A stretch of DNA of 64,000 nucleotides from the human T2T-CHM13v2.0 reference genome, Homo sapiens, in the NCBI RefSeq assembly GCF_009914755.1, contig NC_060928.1; one strand, given 5' to 3'. The notes under the pieces were generated by a model. The model was not told the DNA's origin. It did no database searches and saw nothing but the letters and a program-made list of their open reading frames with translations. Shown in pieces: positions 15,801-30,617 of the stretch (position 1 is the first letter of the stretch; every line of letters begins with the position of its first letter). Position numbers and translations under genes: made by a program.

Positions 15801-17203
15801 GATTTTCAAATTACATAAATAATTCAAAAAATGAATAAAATAAAATAACTTTTAGTGTTTTAACATCTATTATATAGAAATGTCAGCACTGAGGTGAAAC
15901 AAAATTCCATATGAGGAAGAACAGTTTTGTTACTTGGATTATTATGTAAGATATTCACGCATTGAATGGAGAACAAGACCTGAAATTATGATAACCATGC
16001 TGCAGTTGTAGTTGTTTTATTTTGGACATATATATGCCTTTGATGAGTCATGTGATTTATTTTTATAATAAGTGGATGAGATTTAGAGTAGTAGTTAAAA
16101 GTATATATTTTGAAAATGAGGCAGCTTAGTCACTGAGTTAGCTTTGTAGTCTCAACTTGTCTGAGTCTTATTTTTCTCATGCTCAAGTGCAGATAATAAT
16201 ATATCAACAGATTGTTGTAAAAATTAGAATATATAATTTGTTCAAAATGTGTGATGTGAGGTATGATCTTATACAGAATTACACACTCAGTGAGCTCAGG
16301 TCAGTTTACACTATGATAAGAAATGACCCTCGGTCTTAGTAGCTTACAACCACAATAATGTCCATCATGGGGTTTCTACACTTTCAAACCAAGGATATAG
16401 AAGTAGCCTATATCTGAGACATGCAGATCTTAGAGCTGAGCAAGAAGACAAATGTAGAAACTACTCAAGGGCTCCTAAACTTCATTCATGAAAATTTACT
16501 TGCATGCTTTATTGGCCAAGGCAAATTATATAGTGTAGCTAAAAGTATAACCTTCCTTCTGGGATAAGTCTGATAAGGAATGGGGAGAGGTAGGGAACAT
16601 TAGGAAATATTTTGACAATAAGACAATTTACCATGCAAAATCAATAAATAATTATTTAATCACTTTGCTATATATTTTAGACTCATGTATTATATATAAC
16701 TGTCCTATACATATTAATAGTCTACATGTAAATACATAGGTATATATATATGCACAGATGCACACATATATGTGTGTATACATATATATATAGTCTAAAC
16801 TATTTTAGCTAATTATCTCAATTGTCTTTAGCAGAAAAAAACAAATACAAAATAAAAACTAGTAAAATGGTAAGGATTTTTAAAGTCTGTCTTCTAAATT
16901 GACAATGTAGCCACATAATATTAGTGAATAACTACTTCTGACTCAAACTTTGCAAACGTCTCTACTGCATAAGAAATACAGACATTGACATGCTTACCCA
17001 TGAAAAAGGTACCTGTCAGATTTATGAATTTTAAGTAAAAATACAGTTATAGTTTATGCCTCTAGTGTTTTACAATACATCTACTATTTAATATACATGA
17101 AATAATGAGAAGGGAAAATATCAACTGGCACAGCTAAACAATATGAAAGTGAAATGTTGTTCCTTGAGTCTCTCAGGATGTTTCAAATAAATAGAGGCAA
17201 AAA

Positions 17204-17709
17204 TGTTAGTCTACATGCACCATTTTGTAAGCTCCCCACTACTTTGCAGACCTGGGTCAAAGTGAAATATTTCAGGAAGTTTCACCATGAGAAACATCCT
17301 GCCTAACCACCTGACCACAGGGCAGACAAAGAAAGGCTAAGGCCCAACTAAAGAAACATCCCTGTCACATCCTGCTGGGCAAAGACCTAACTAAAGAAAC
17401 ATCCCTATCACATTTTGCTGGGAGAAAGTGCAAGGAATACCACATTCCAATGGAACAAGGGCCAGAACCACTTCATTATGGGAACATCTTATCAATATCC
17501 TGCCAGGCAACAAGCCATACTGCTTAGACCCCTCCTGCCCATACTTATAGGTACCCCCAGCTTGTAAGCAGCAGTGGGCACTGTCAATAGGCTGGTTCCC
17601 CACTTCTGTAGGTTTTATGCTGGACGTAAAGCCTGCATTTGCTGTCCAGCCACCCTCTTTCTGTGTGTGTGTCCTTCTTTAACCCTCACCTTCCCTTCAA
17701 AACCTAACA
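17204..17709 (+). mobile_element. Solo ERVL-class LTR (LTR32/LTR18-like) with internal 43-bp tandem duplication
   Basis: Terminal inverted TGTTAG...CTAACA; units aactaaagaaacatccct start at 17346 and 17389. Confidence 0.65.
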
Positions 17710-17872
17710 ACAAATATAACAGGTGAAGAGGTAAACAAAGTCCTGGAAAAGCTTAAGGTTTCTGAGTATCGCTCTTATTCTCTTGCTTAAGCATATAATT
17801 AGGAGAGTTGGGGGGCATGGTCCAACTTTGTTGTGCTCTGATAGACTTCAGGATGCTGTTTTTCTTACTCTA

Positions 17873-18218
17873 CAGGTATAACTGAGAGATACCTAAGGTT
17901 CAGTTTCTGACCGCTTCGATAAAGGTAATATTGCAATAAAGTGAGTAACATTTTTTGTGGTTTCCTAGTTCATATAAAAGTTATGTTCACTGTGATATAT
18001 TAAGTGTGCAACAGTACTGTGCCTAAAATAAACCATGTATATAACTTAATTAAAAATACTTTATTGCTACAAAGGTCCAAGAGTCATCCGAGTCTTCAGC
18101 AAGACTGATCTTTTTGCTGATATAGCATTTTGCCTCAGTGTTGATGGCTACTGACTGATCATGGTGATAGTTTCTGAACGTTGAGATAGCTGTGGCAATT
18201 TTCTAACATACGACAATA
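17873..18218 (-). mobile_element. Tigger1 terminal piece 1
   Basis: TA|caggtata TIR; attgcaataaagtgagt; aaaaatactttattgct. Confidence 0.85.
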
Positions 18219-20046
18219 GGATGGGGTTAAAAAGCTGACCAAGAAAGCCAAATAGAACCCTCCAGTGATCATTCTCCCACAGGAACACCAAACTTAACAA
18301 CTATCTACAAAAAATATCTTTATAAACACAAAAATCAGATAATCTATCACAGTACCTGGTTATAATGTAGTAACGAGGACAGAGACATTGAAGAGGGTAG
18401 GAAAGACAGTCTTGTTTTGCCTAGACCTTCCTTCCTTCAACTTCAGTTAGCACAGCACAGAGGGAGAATCTGTGTTCCTGGGGGAAGAAGAACAAAATGA
18501 GTTTGGGACTTTACACTGGAACTCTGTACTGCCCTGTCACAATGGAACACCTCACAGTGAAGAATTCTACTGGCTCCCATAAAGGGAGCATTTAGACAAG
18601 CTCTGAGCCGGGATAGAATCCTATATCCCACTGGAAGGAAACTGGAAGGAAATTAGTCCAAGCCAGCTTCACCACTGGCTGATTAAAGTGGCCTAGAGTC
18701 ACAAATAAATGTGAGAAACAGGTTTTGGACAAGCCTTGGCGCTGTGCTGGTCCCAGAGGCAGTGGACTTGGCATTCACCCTAGTGTGACAGCAGCTATGG
18801 AGGCCATGGGAGTGCCTCTATAAACCCTTCTCCAAATGTAGACAATACAGCTCAGGGACAGACTCCTTTAACTTGGGAAAAAGAAAAGGAAGAGTAAGAA
18901 CTTTATCTTGCAAATTGGGTACTAGCTCAGCCACAGTAAAATAAGCACCAAGAAGCTTCCTGAAGCTGCCAATTTTAGGCTTTTCCTTCTGGACAGTGTC
19001 TCTAGAACACCCTCTTGGTCTGGAATGCCATCAGATTCAGGTGAGACCCAGCATAGTGCCAGTTGTGGTGGCCATGGCAGTGCCTGAATCACCCCTCTCC
19101 CAACTCCAGGAAGCCCAACTTGGAGAAAGACTCCTTCTGAGTAGGAGAAAGAGAAGAGAGTGAAATCTTTGTCTGGAAACCCAGAGAATTCTGCCTTATC
19201 TTCTCCAAGGCCACCAAGGCTGCGTATGTGGGAGTCTTCAAGATTTCCTGGGATAGAACGCATGCTAGTGCTGAAATGGCTTCAGTGACCACAGGCTTAG
19301 GTCACAACACTAATAACTTTTTGAATTCTTGGAAAGTCTTCTCATGAATGACATGTACAAATAAGCCTGGGCTGAGAAGATGGAATAAATACTGAAGTCT
19401 TCAATGCCCAGACATTGATGAATATTTACACGCATCAAGAACTTCTTGGAAAATATGACCTCACCATTGACCATCCTGGAGGGACAGAGATTTGTGGCTG
19501 CTCACAACAGAGAATTCAAAATAGCTGTCTTGAGGAAGTGCAACAGACTTTAAGATAACACAGAGAAGGAATTCAGAATTCTATCAGATACATTTAATAA
19601 AGAGATGGCACTAATAAAAAACAAGCAAAAATTTTGATGCTGAAAAATTTAGTTGACAAACTGAAAAATATATTAGAGTTTCTCAACAAAATAATTGGTA
19701 AAGAAGAGGAAACAATTAGTGAGTTCAAAGACAGGCAATATGAAAATACACAGCCAAGCAGAGAAAAAAAATAAAGAGGAAGAAAGCATGCCACAAAAAT
19801 CTATAAAATACCCTGAAAAGGCAAATCTAAGAGTTATTTGCCTTCTGCAAAATGTAGAGAGAGAGAAACTGGGATATAAAATTTATTCAAAGAAATAATA
19901 ACAAAGAACTTTACAAACCCGGAGAACAAAATGAGTATTCAAATACAAAAAGGTCAAAGACCACCTTGAAGATTCAACCCAAATAAGAATACCTCAAAGC
20001 TTATAAAAATCAAACTCTCAAAGGTCAAGTATTACAAGGGGATCCT

Positions 20047-20359
20047 GGCCAGGCACGGTGGCTCACACCTGTAATCCCATCACTTTGGAAGGTCAAGGCG
20101 GGTGGTTCACGAGGTCATGGGTTCAAGACCAGCCTGGCCCAGATGGTGAAACCCCATTTCTACTGAAAATACAACAATTAACCAGCCATGGTGCCTGGTG
20201 CCTGTAATCCCAGCTACTCTGGAGGATGAGTCAGAGTTCAGAGTTACTTGAACCTAGGAGGCAGAGGTTGTATTGAGCCAAGATTGAGCCACTGCACTCC
20301 AGCCTGGGAGACAGAGCGAGCGAGACTCCGTCTCAAAAAAAAAAAAAAAAAAAAAAAAA
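20047..20359 (+). mobile_element. AluS
   Basis: Full dimer with polyA; ggatcct on both flanks. Confidence 0.92.
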
Positions 20360-20577
20360 GTTGTGAGGAGGGAGGGAGTGGGGAGGATCCTAAAAGCAGT
20401 AAGAGAAAAGAAGCAAATAACATATAAAGGAACCATTATTTCTAGCAACAGACTTTAGGGAAACCAGACTGGCCTTAAGGAAGTGAACAACATATTTAAA
20501 AAATACATATGATTCCAAATATTATAGCCAGCAAAATTACCACTAAATGTAAAAGAAGAAATAAAGACTTTACAAGA

Positions 20578-20928
20578 TGTTATGGTTAGGCTGTGTTCCC
20601 ACAAAAATCTCATCTTGAATACCCACATGTTGTGGGAGGGACCCGGTGGGAGATAATTAAATCATGAGGGCAGGTCTTTCCCATGCTGTTCTCATGATGG
20701 TGAATAAGTCTCACGAGATCTGATGGCTTTATAAGGCGGAGTTTTCCTGCACAGGCTCTCTGACTGCTGCCATCCATGTAAGAGGTGAGATGCTCCTCCT
20801 TGCCTTCCACCATGATTGTAAGGCTTCCCCAGCCACATGGAACAGTAAGTCTATTAAACCCTTTTTTCTGTATAAATTACCCAGTCTTAGGTATGTCTTC
20901 ATCAGCAGGGTACAAATGAACTAATACA
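20578..20928 (+). mobile_element. THE1A-type solo LTR
   Basis: Perfect 5-bp TSD CAAGA (20573-20577, 20929-20933); ends ctaataca. Confidence 0.88.
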
Positions 20929-21775
20929 CAAGACAAACAAACCCAAGAGATTTTGTCACCATCAGACGTGTCTTACAAGAAGCACTGATGTTCTTACAGG
21001 AACATCAAAGATCACTGATTATAGACCACCATAATAAATATCACAATAATAAAAAATGTTCGAGACATTTTGATTCACCAAGATGTGATGCAGAGATACA
21101 ATGTGAGCACACACTGTTGGGAAAAAAAGCTGGCTCAGTGCAGGGTTGTCAAATACCTTTATCAGACGTGTCTTACAAATCAGACGTGTCTTACAAGAAG
21201 CACTGAAGAGACTTCTTCAGTCTAAAAGAAAAGGATTTTAACAAGCAACAAGAAATCACCTGAAGTTTATAAAACTTACAGGTAAAAATACACACAAATA
21301 CAGAAAACTTTAACACTGTAACTGTGATTTCTAAGCCAATCATAATTTTGGTAGGAATGCTAAAAGACAAACTTATCCAAAATCTTAACAATAACAAATT
21401 TTTAGTAGACAATATGAAAATATATAAATAGAGATAATAAAAATCTAAGGGTTTGAACTGAGTTAATGTGTAGAGTGTTTTGTTTTGATTTTTTCCTTTG
21501 ACAAAAAACTATAATAGATAAGCAATAAAAAGCAAAAAATTAAAACATACTACCAAGGAAAATTATTTCTACACAAAAAAAGACCAGAAGAAAGAAAGGA
21601 AGCGAGGACCAACAAAACGAGAAAACAATTAACAAGATGGCAGGAGTAAGTCCTTACCTATCAATAATATTGAATGGAAATGGGCGAAATGATCCAATCA
21701 AAAAACAGAGTGTCTGAATTGATAAAATAGGAAGACTAAACTATATGCTCCCTGCAAGAAATCATTTAATCTATA

Positions 21776-22315
21776 AAGACAAACATAGAAAGTCCCTGGT
21801 AGCTTGATGAGAATAGCACATGCACATGTGTGTTTATGGTGGCACTATTTACAATCGCAAAGACTTGGAACCAATCCAAATGCCCACCAATGACAGACTG
21901 GTGTATATGTGTCACATATACACCATGGAATACTATGCAGCCATAAAAAAGAATGAGTTCATGTCTTATGCAGGGACATGGAGGAAGCTGAAAGCCATCA
22001 TTCTCAGCAAACCGGCACAGGATCAAAAAACCAAACATCATGTGTTCTCACTCATAAGGGGGATTTGAACAATGAGAACATATGGACACAAGGAGGTGAA
22101 CATCACATCACACACCAGGGCCTGTTGGAGGGTGGGGTGCAAGGGGAGGGAGAGCATTAGGACAAATATCTAATGCATGTGGGGCTTAAAACCTAGATGG
22201 TGGCTTGATAGGTGGGGCAAAACACCATGGCACATGTATATCTACGTAACAAACCTGCACATTCTGCACATATATTCCAGAATTTAAAGTAAAATAAAAA
22301 GAAGACAAACATAGA
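21776..22315 (+). mobile_element. 5'-truncated L1PA7/8 with short inverted 5' tag
   Basis: 14-bp TSD aagacaaacataga (21776-21789, 22302-22315); gggcttaaaacctagatg 3'UTR. Confidence 0.88.
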
Positions 22316-22374
22316 CTGGAAAGAAAAGTATGAAAAAAGATACTCAATGCAAGTGGAGAGCAAAAACAGCAGGA

Positions 22375-22670
22375 GCCGGGCAAGGTGGCTCACACCCGTA
22401 TTCCCAGCACCTTGGGAGGCTGAGGTGGGTGGATGATGAGGTTAAGAGATCAAGACCATTCTGGCCAACATGGTGAAACCCCGTCTCTACTACAAATACA
22501 AAAATTAGTTGGGCATGGTGGTGTGCACCTGTATTTCTAGCCACTCGGGATGCTGAGGCAGGAGAATTGCTTGAACTCGGGAGGCGGATGTTGCATTGAG
22601 CCAAGATCTTACCACTGCACTCCAGCCTGGCGACAGAGTGAGACACCGTCTCAAAAAACAAAACCGAAAC
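22375..22670 (+). mobile_element. AluSc-type
   Basis: cctggcgacagag diagnostic; TSD aaaa(a/t)cagcagga. Confidence 0.9.
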
Positions 22671-22762
22671 AAAATCAGCAGGAGTATCTATACTTACATC
22701 AGATAAAATAGATTTCAAGACAAAAACTAAAAAGAGACAAAGAAGGGTTTATGAATGATAAA

Positions 22763-23316
22763 GGGCAAAGTACATTGAAAACCTTCTGGAAGGGATTGAT
22801 AATCCTAAATGCAATTAAGAACATATGTGATTCATGGAAAGAGATAAAAATATCAGCATAAACAGGTGTTTGGAAGAAGTTGATTCCAACCCTCATGGAT
22901 GACTTTGAGGGGTTCAAGACTTCAGTGGAGAAAGTCACTGCAGGCATGGCAGAAATATTAAATGAACTATAATTAGAAGTTCAGCCTGAAGTTGTGACCA
23001 ATTACTGCAATCTCATGATAAAACATGAACAGATGAGGTGTTACACCTTATGAATGAGCAACAAAATTAGTTTCTTGAGGTGGAATCTGTTTCTGGTAAA
23101 GATGCCATGAACATTGTTGAAATGACAACGAAGAGCCTAGAGTATTTCAAAGACTTAACTGATGAAGCATTAGAAAGTTTTGAGACGATTGACTCCAATT
23201 TTGAAAGAAGTTCTACTGTGGGTAAAATATTATCAAACAGCATCACAGTTTACAGAGAAATAGTTCATGATAGAAAGAGTTCATGGATGTGGCACATTTT
23301 ATTGTTGTCTTATTTT
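22763..23316 (+). mobile_element. Tigger1 internal piece (transposase C-terminal remnant), opposite orientation to both termini
   Basis: ttgaaaaccttctgga...ccaaccctcatggatgactttgaggggttcaagacttcagtggag; ORF 23080-23343 (ESVSGKDAMNIVEMTTK...DSNFERSSTVGK). Confidence 0.88.
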
Positions 23317-24288
23317 ATTTACTTTTTATTTTTGTGTTTCTAATCATTATGAATACCTTAGAGTTGTACATATTTATGAAGTACATGTGATATATTGACC
23401 CTAGCATACAATGTGTAGTGATCAAACCAGGGTGAGTGGGATATCCATCACCTCAAACATTTATCATTTCTTTGTGTTAAGAACATTGCAATTATACTCT
23501 TTTAGTTATTTTGAAATATACAATACCTCATTGTTAACTATGGTTGTCCTATAGCGTTACCAAATAATAGATCTTATTCCTTCTATTTAACTGTATTTTT
23601 GTACACAGTGACCATCTCCTCTTTATCCTCCTCTTCCTACAAACCTTCCCAACTTCTGGTCATCATCATTCTACTTTCTAACTCCCTAAGCTCTTTATTT
23701 AAGTTCTCATACACAAATGAGAATGCACATTTGTCTTTCTGTGCCTAGCATATTTCACTAAACATAATGACCTCTAGTTCAATTTATGTTGTTGCAAATG
23801 ACAGGATTTTATAGTTTTTATGGCTGAATAGTCAATGAATTATTGATCTATGAATAGACATTTGGATTGACTTTATATTTTGGCTATTGTGTATTGTGCT
23901 ACAATAAATAAGGGATTGTAGATATTTCTTCAGTATACTGATTTTCTTTCTTTTGGGTATATACCTAGCAGTGGGATTGCCAGATTATAATACTTCTGTT
24001 TTTATATTTTTTAGTAAACTCTATGCTGTTTTCCATAGTAGTTGTATTAATTTACATTTTCATCAATAGTGTTCCTCTTTCTCTGCATGTTTTCCAGCAT
24101 TTGTTATTACCTGCCTTTTGGATAAAATCCATGTTAACTGTTATTGTAGCTTTAACTTGCATTTCTCTAATGATTAGTGATGTTGAACATTTTTGTATAT
24201 ATTGGTTGACTATTTTCATGTCTTCTTTTGAGAAATGTCTATTAAGATCTTTTGCCAATTTTTAAATCAATTTTTTTTCTCCTATTGC
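23317..24288 (-). mobile_element. L1MA3/4-type 3' end
   Basis: T-rich tail, then atccatcacctcaaacatttatcatttctttgtgtt. Confidence 0.85.
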
Positions 24289-24289
24289 A

Positions 24290-24543
24290 CTGTGGCACCC
24301 CAAGACAATTACATTAGTAACATCAAAGATCACTGATTATAGACCACCATAATAGATATTGCAATAATAAAAAATGTTCGAGACATTTTGATTCACCAAG
24401 ATGTGATGAAGAGATACAATGTGAGCACACACTGTTGGGAAAAAAAGCTGGCTCAGTGCAGGGTTGTCAAATACCTTTAATTTGTTAAAAATGAAATATC
24501 TGCAAAGCACAAGAAATCAGTGTGCAGGAAAAAAGTATGCCTG
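24290..24543 (-). mobile_element. Tigger1 terminal piece 2
   Basis: agtaacatcaaagatcactgat ... aagtatgcctg TIR. Confidence 0.85.
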
Positions 24544-24729
24544 TGTATGGCATTCTGGAAAAGGTGAAACTAAGGGTACAGTAAAAATATTAGTGGTTGT
24601 TAGGGGTTAGCAAAGAGGGAGTGATAAAAAAGCAGAGAACAAAGGATTTTTAGGACAGTGCAACTATTCTTTATGATGCTACATTGCTGGATGCATGACA
24701 TCCTACACTTATTAAAATCCATAGAACTT

Positions 24730-24822
24730 ACTCAACATACGGTTGCCACAAACCTACAATTTGTAAAAAATAATATCTATGAAGTGCAATAAAGCAAATC
24801 ATAACAAAATGAGGTATGCCTG
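24730..24822 (-). mobile_element. Additional Tigger1 terminus, preceded by an L1M 3'UTR fragment (~24545-24730)
   Basis: ggttgccacaaacc...aaaatgaggtatgcctg|TA. Confidence 0.75.
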
Positions 24823-26450
24823 TACAGTTATTTATAGAGATGCCTTTAGACACCAAAAATTGAAAAAAATATGTACTATGTTTTGACTCTGTTCATGGAG
24901 AAAGATAAATTTCTTTCTGGTACTATGTTCATCTGTTTTGTTTATTTCCCATTCTGTCTTATCAAGCCTTCTATCAGGGCTTGTAATTTTATTTCCCTCT
25001 ATTAGGCCATAGAGTATATCAAACCTACCTAATGTTTAGTCTCCAAGTATCTGATTTATTTTATCATGCTGTAATGACAGTTGTTCATGTGGTCTTATGA
25101 GATTTTTTAAATGAATGAATTACATATAATATCATTCATTAGAAAGCAGATCGTGATCATAGCAGAACAGAAGACCTACTATACATTACTTTTAACTATA
25201 ATTTTTGTATTATTTTGCTTGTGTGTTTTTTTTTTTTTTTGCATCAATTAAAAGACACTCACTTTTAAATAACAGGAAACCTAACTCAAGCTGCTCCAAA
25301 ACTGTATTGGGTCATGTGGTAGTAAGGTGGCTGCAGTAATTCTGCTTCTTATTTCCACATATACCATGGTTCATTTTCTGAATCTTAACAAAAAGAATAA
25401 AGAAGACTGTCAGTATTTCTTAGCGAACCACTGTGTGGGACTCATTGGTTTGATTCACATGATTATTATAAACCAATCACTGGCAAGATGAATGGAATTA
25501 CCTGTACACCAATCAGCTGTCTCAGGAGCCGAACATGGAGTCAGCTCTAGCCGAACACCTGGGCTAAGTGATGAAGCATAAAATTAAATGATGCAGGGTT
25601 TCTGTAGGGAATAAGAAAGGGAGAAGGCAGGCAGAACAGATTAGCAATAATATTTATTCAGACATGTTTTAAAATGTTTCTTCTCTTTTACTCATCACTT
25701 TTTTAAAAAGATTCAACTTTTATTTTTAAATTCACAGAGTGTATGTGCAGGTTTGGTACATGAGTATATTGAGTAATGCTGAGGTTTGGGGTATGACTGA
25801 TTCCATCACCCACGTAATGAGTGTAGTACGAAATAGGTGGTTTCTCAGCTCTTTCCCTCCTTCTCCTCTCCTCCCTCTAGTAGTCCCCAGTGTCCATGTG
25901 TACTCTATGTTTAGCTCTCCCTTATAAGTGAAAACATGCAGCGTCTGATTTTCTGCTCTTGCATTAATTTCCTCAGAATAATGGCTGCATCCATCTTTGT
26001 GCTACAAAGAACATGATTTTGTTGTTTTTATAGCTATGCATTATTCCGTGGGTTATATGTACCATAATTTTTTATCCAATCCACAATTGATGGACACCTA
26101 GGTAGATTCATGTCTTTCCTATTGTGAATAGTGCTGCAATGAACATAAAAATACATGGGTCTTTTTGGTAGAACAATTTATTTTCCTTTGAGTATCTACC
26201 CAGTAATGGGATTGTTGGGTCAAATGGTAGTTCTAACTTCTTTGAAAAATCTCCAGGTTGCTTTTTGCAGTGGCTGAATGAATTCACATTTTCACTAACA
26301 ATGTATAAGCATTCCCTTTTCTCTGCAGCCTTGCCAACATCTGTTTTTTTTTTTATTTGTCTTTTTAATAGTAGCCATTCTGACTGGTGTGAGATGGTAT
26401 CTCATTGTGGTTTTGATCTGCATTTCTCTGATGATTAGTGATGTTGGGTG

Positions 26451-28697
<2,247 letters not shown>

Positions 28698-30336
28698 TCA
28701 TACATGTGTTGGCCACTTTATATCTTCCTTTGCCAAGTGTCTGATCATATTCTTTTCTCACTATTTAATGAAGTTATTTGGTTTTTGCATGTTGAATTGT
28801 TTACATTCTTCATAGGTTCTGAATATTAGAACTCTTCAGGATGCATAATTTGCTAATATTTTCTCTAACTCTTAGGTTGTTTTTTCTGTCGATAGTTTCT
28901 TTTGCTGTGCAGAAGCTCTTTAGTTTATTTAGGCCACGATTGTCAAATTTTGTTTTTTTTTTGTGATTGCTTTTGGGGACTTAGTCATAATTTTTTTGCC
29001 AAGGTTGATTTCCAAAATCTAGAAATTTTATAGTTTGAGGGCTTAAACTTGAATTATTAATCCCCCTTAAGTTAATTTTTATATATGGTGAGATATAGCT
29101 TCATGCTTCTGCATATGGCTAGCCAGTCATCCCAGGAAAATTCCCCATTGCTTATTTCTGTTGACTTTTTCAAAGATTAGATGGTTGTGGGGCTTTATTT
29201 CTGGGTTCTCTATTCAGTTCCATTTATCTATGTGTCTGTTTTTGTACCAGTACCATAATATTCTGGATAATGTAACCCTATAGTATAGTTTGAAGTTAGG
29301 TAATGTGATGTCTCTGGCTTCCTTTAAGACACATGCACTTGTATGTTCATCATAGCACTATTATTTTTGCTTAGAATTGCTTTAGCTATTCAGGCTCCTT
29401 TTCAGTTCCATACGAATTTTAGAACAGCTGTATTTTTTTCTAATTCTGTGAAAAATAATGGTAGTTTGATAGAAATAACATTCAATCTGTTGATTGCTTT
29501 GTGCAGTATGGCCATTTTAATGATATTGATTCTTCCAATCCATGAGCATAGAATGTATATCCATTTGTTTGGGTCCACTATGATTTCCTGAAGCAGTGTT
29601 TTTTAGTTCTCCTTGTAGAGATCCTTTACCTCTTTGGTTAGATGTATTCCTAGGTAATTTATTTTTTTATTACTCATCACTTTGAGTCTGATATTTATTT
29701 TAAATATTTCCACAGTAAAGGAAAGTTGTGCTATATGAAATGTATTAATTCAGATATTTTCTTGGTACATTTTACCAGGCTGATATTTTATTGTTGATAG
29801 TATCAAGTTTCTGTGGAAAACATCTGTTTAAAAGGGTAATCCATCTACCTCTTATACTGTAGCAGAGTACATGTTTGGAAGTAGGGTCAGAGTCATAGAT
29901 CTCAAAGAAAAAAACAGTACACACATGTAAGTAACATTGACATTAGACACACTTCAATTTCTTCAATGACAACGACACAAACTTTGTAGAACTGTTTTGT
30001 CTATTGTTTTATAAAAAATACCAATTCATTTAGAGATTAGTTCTATCACTTTCTTTTCACACTACATGGATTGTATGAATTAAAAATAAATCAAAATAAA
30101 TTTTGTTTTTCTTTTAGTACTGGACATGTGAACACTCTGTCATCCACACATCAAAAGATATACTATCTCACAATTAACTGTTGAAAATAATGAGAAAACT
30201 ACACAAATAATAATATAATTTAAATTAAGTATATAACAGCTCATATAAATGCAAATTTATGGATCTAATACTTCAATATTCTTCATTCTGAGCCCACAAG
30301 TTAGTTGAGGGCAGACGCTACTCTGAATACTATTTT

Positions 30337-30617
30337 TTATTTTTTATTTTTTTTTTTTTTTTGTGACCGAGTCTGCCTCTGTCTCCCAGGCTGGAGTGCA
30401 GTGGCGCAGATCTGGGCTCACTGCAAGCTCCGCCTCCCGGGTTCACGCCATTCTCCTGCCTCAGCCTGCCAAGTAGCTGGGACTACAGGCGCCCGTCACC
30501 ACGCCGGGCTAATTTTTTGTATTTTTAGTAGAGACGGAGTTTCACCATGTTAGCCAGGATGGTCTCGATCTTCTGACCTCGTGATCCGCCCGGCTCGGCC
30601 TCCAAAGTGCTGGGATC
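30337..30617 (-). mobile_element. AluY, slightly 5'-truncated
   Basis: gcaagctccgcctcccgggttcacgcc; TSD-like tctgaat..tattt on both sides. Confidence 0.92.

Larger units (their letters stand above)
18219..22765 (+). mobile_element. L1M (L1MA3/4-era) 5' half: 5'UTR, ORF1, start of ORF2, with nested elements
   Basis: agagaattcaaaatagctg (ORF1); gatggcaggagtaagtccttacc (ORF2 start); tcagataaaatagatttcaagac. Confidence 0.8.

Noticed and set aside
16740-16792. Palindromic TA/CA/TG tract
   Set aside because: Self-complementarity is expected of alternating purine-pyrimidine low-complexity sequence
17346-17430. Two 43-bp direct repeats as a CRISPR-like array
   Set aside because: Only two adjacent units, no unique spacers, inside a mammalian LTR
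20961-21206. Repeat-spacer-repeat pattern as a CRISPR-like acquisition or a TSD-flanked new transposon
   Set aside because: Single insert copied from nearby DNA, irregular repeat lengths, no TIR or polyA; better explained as a repair scar
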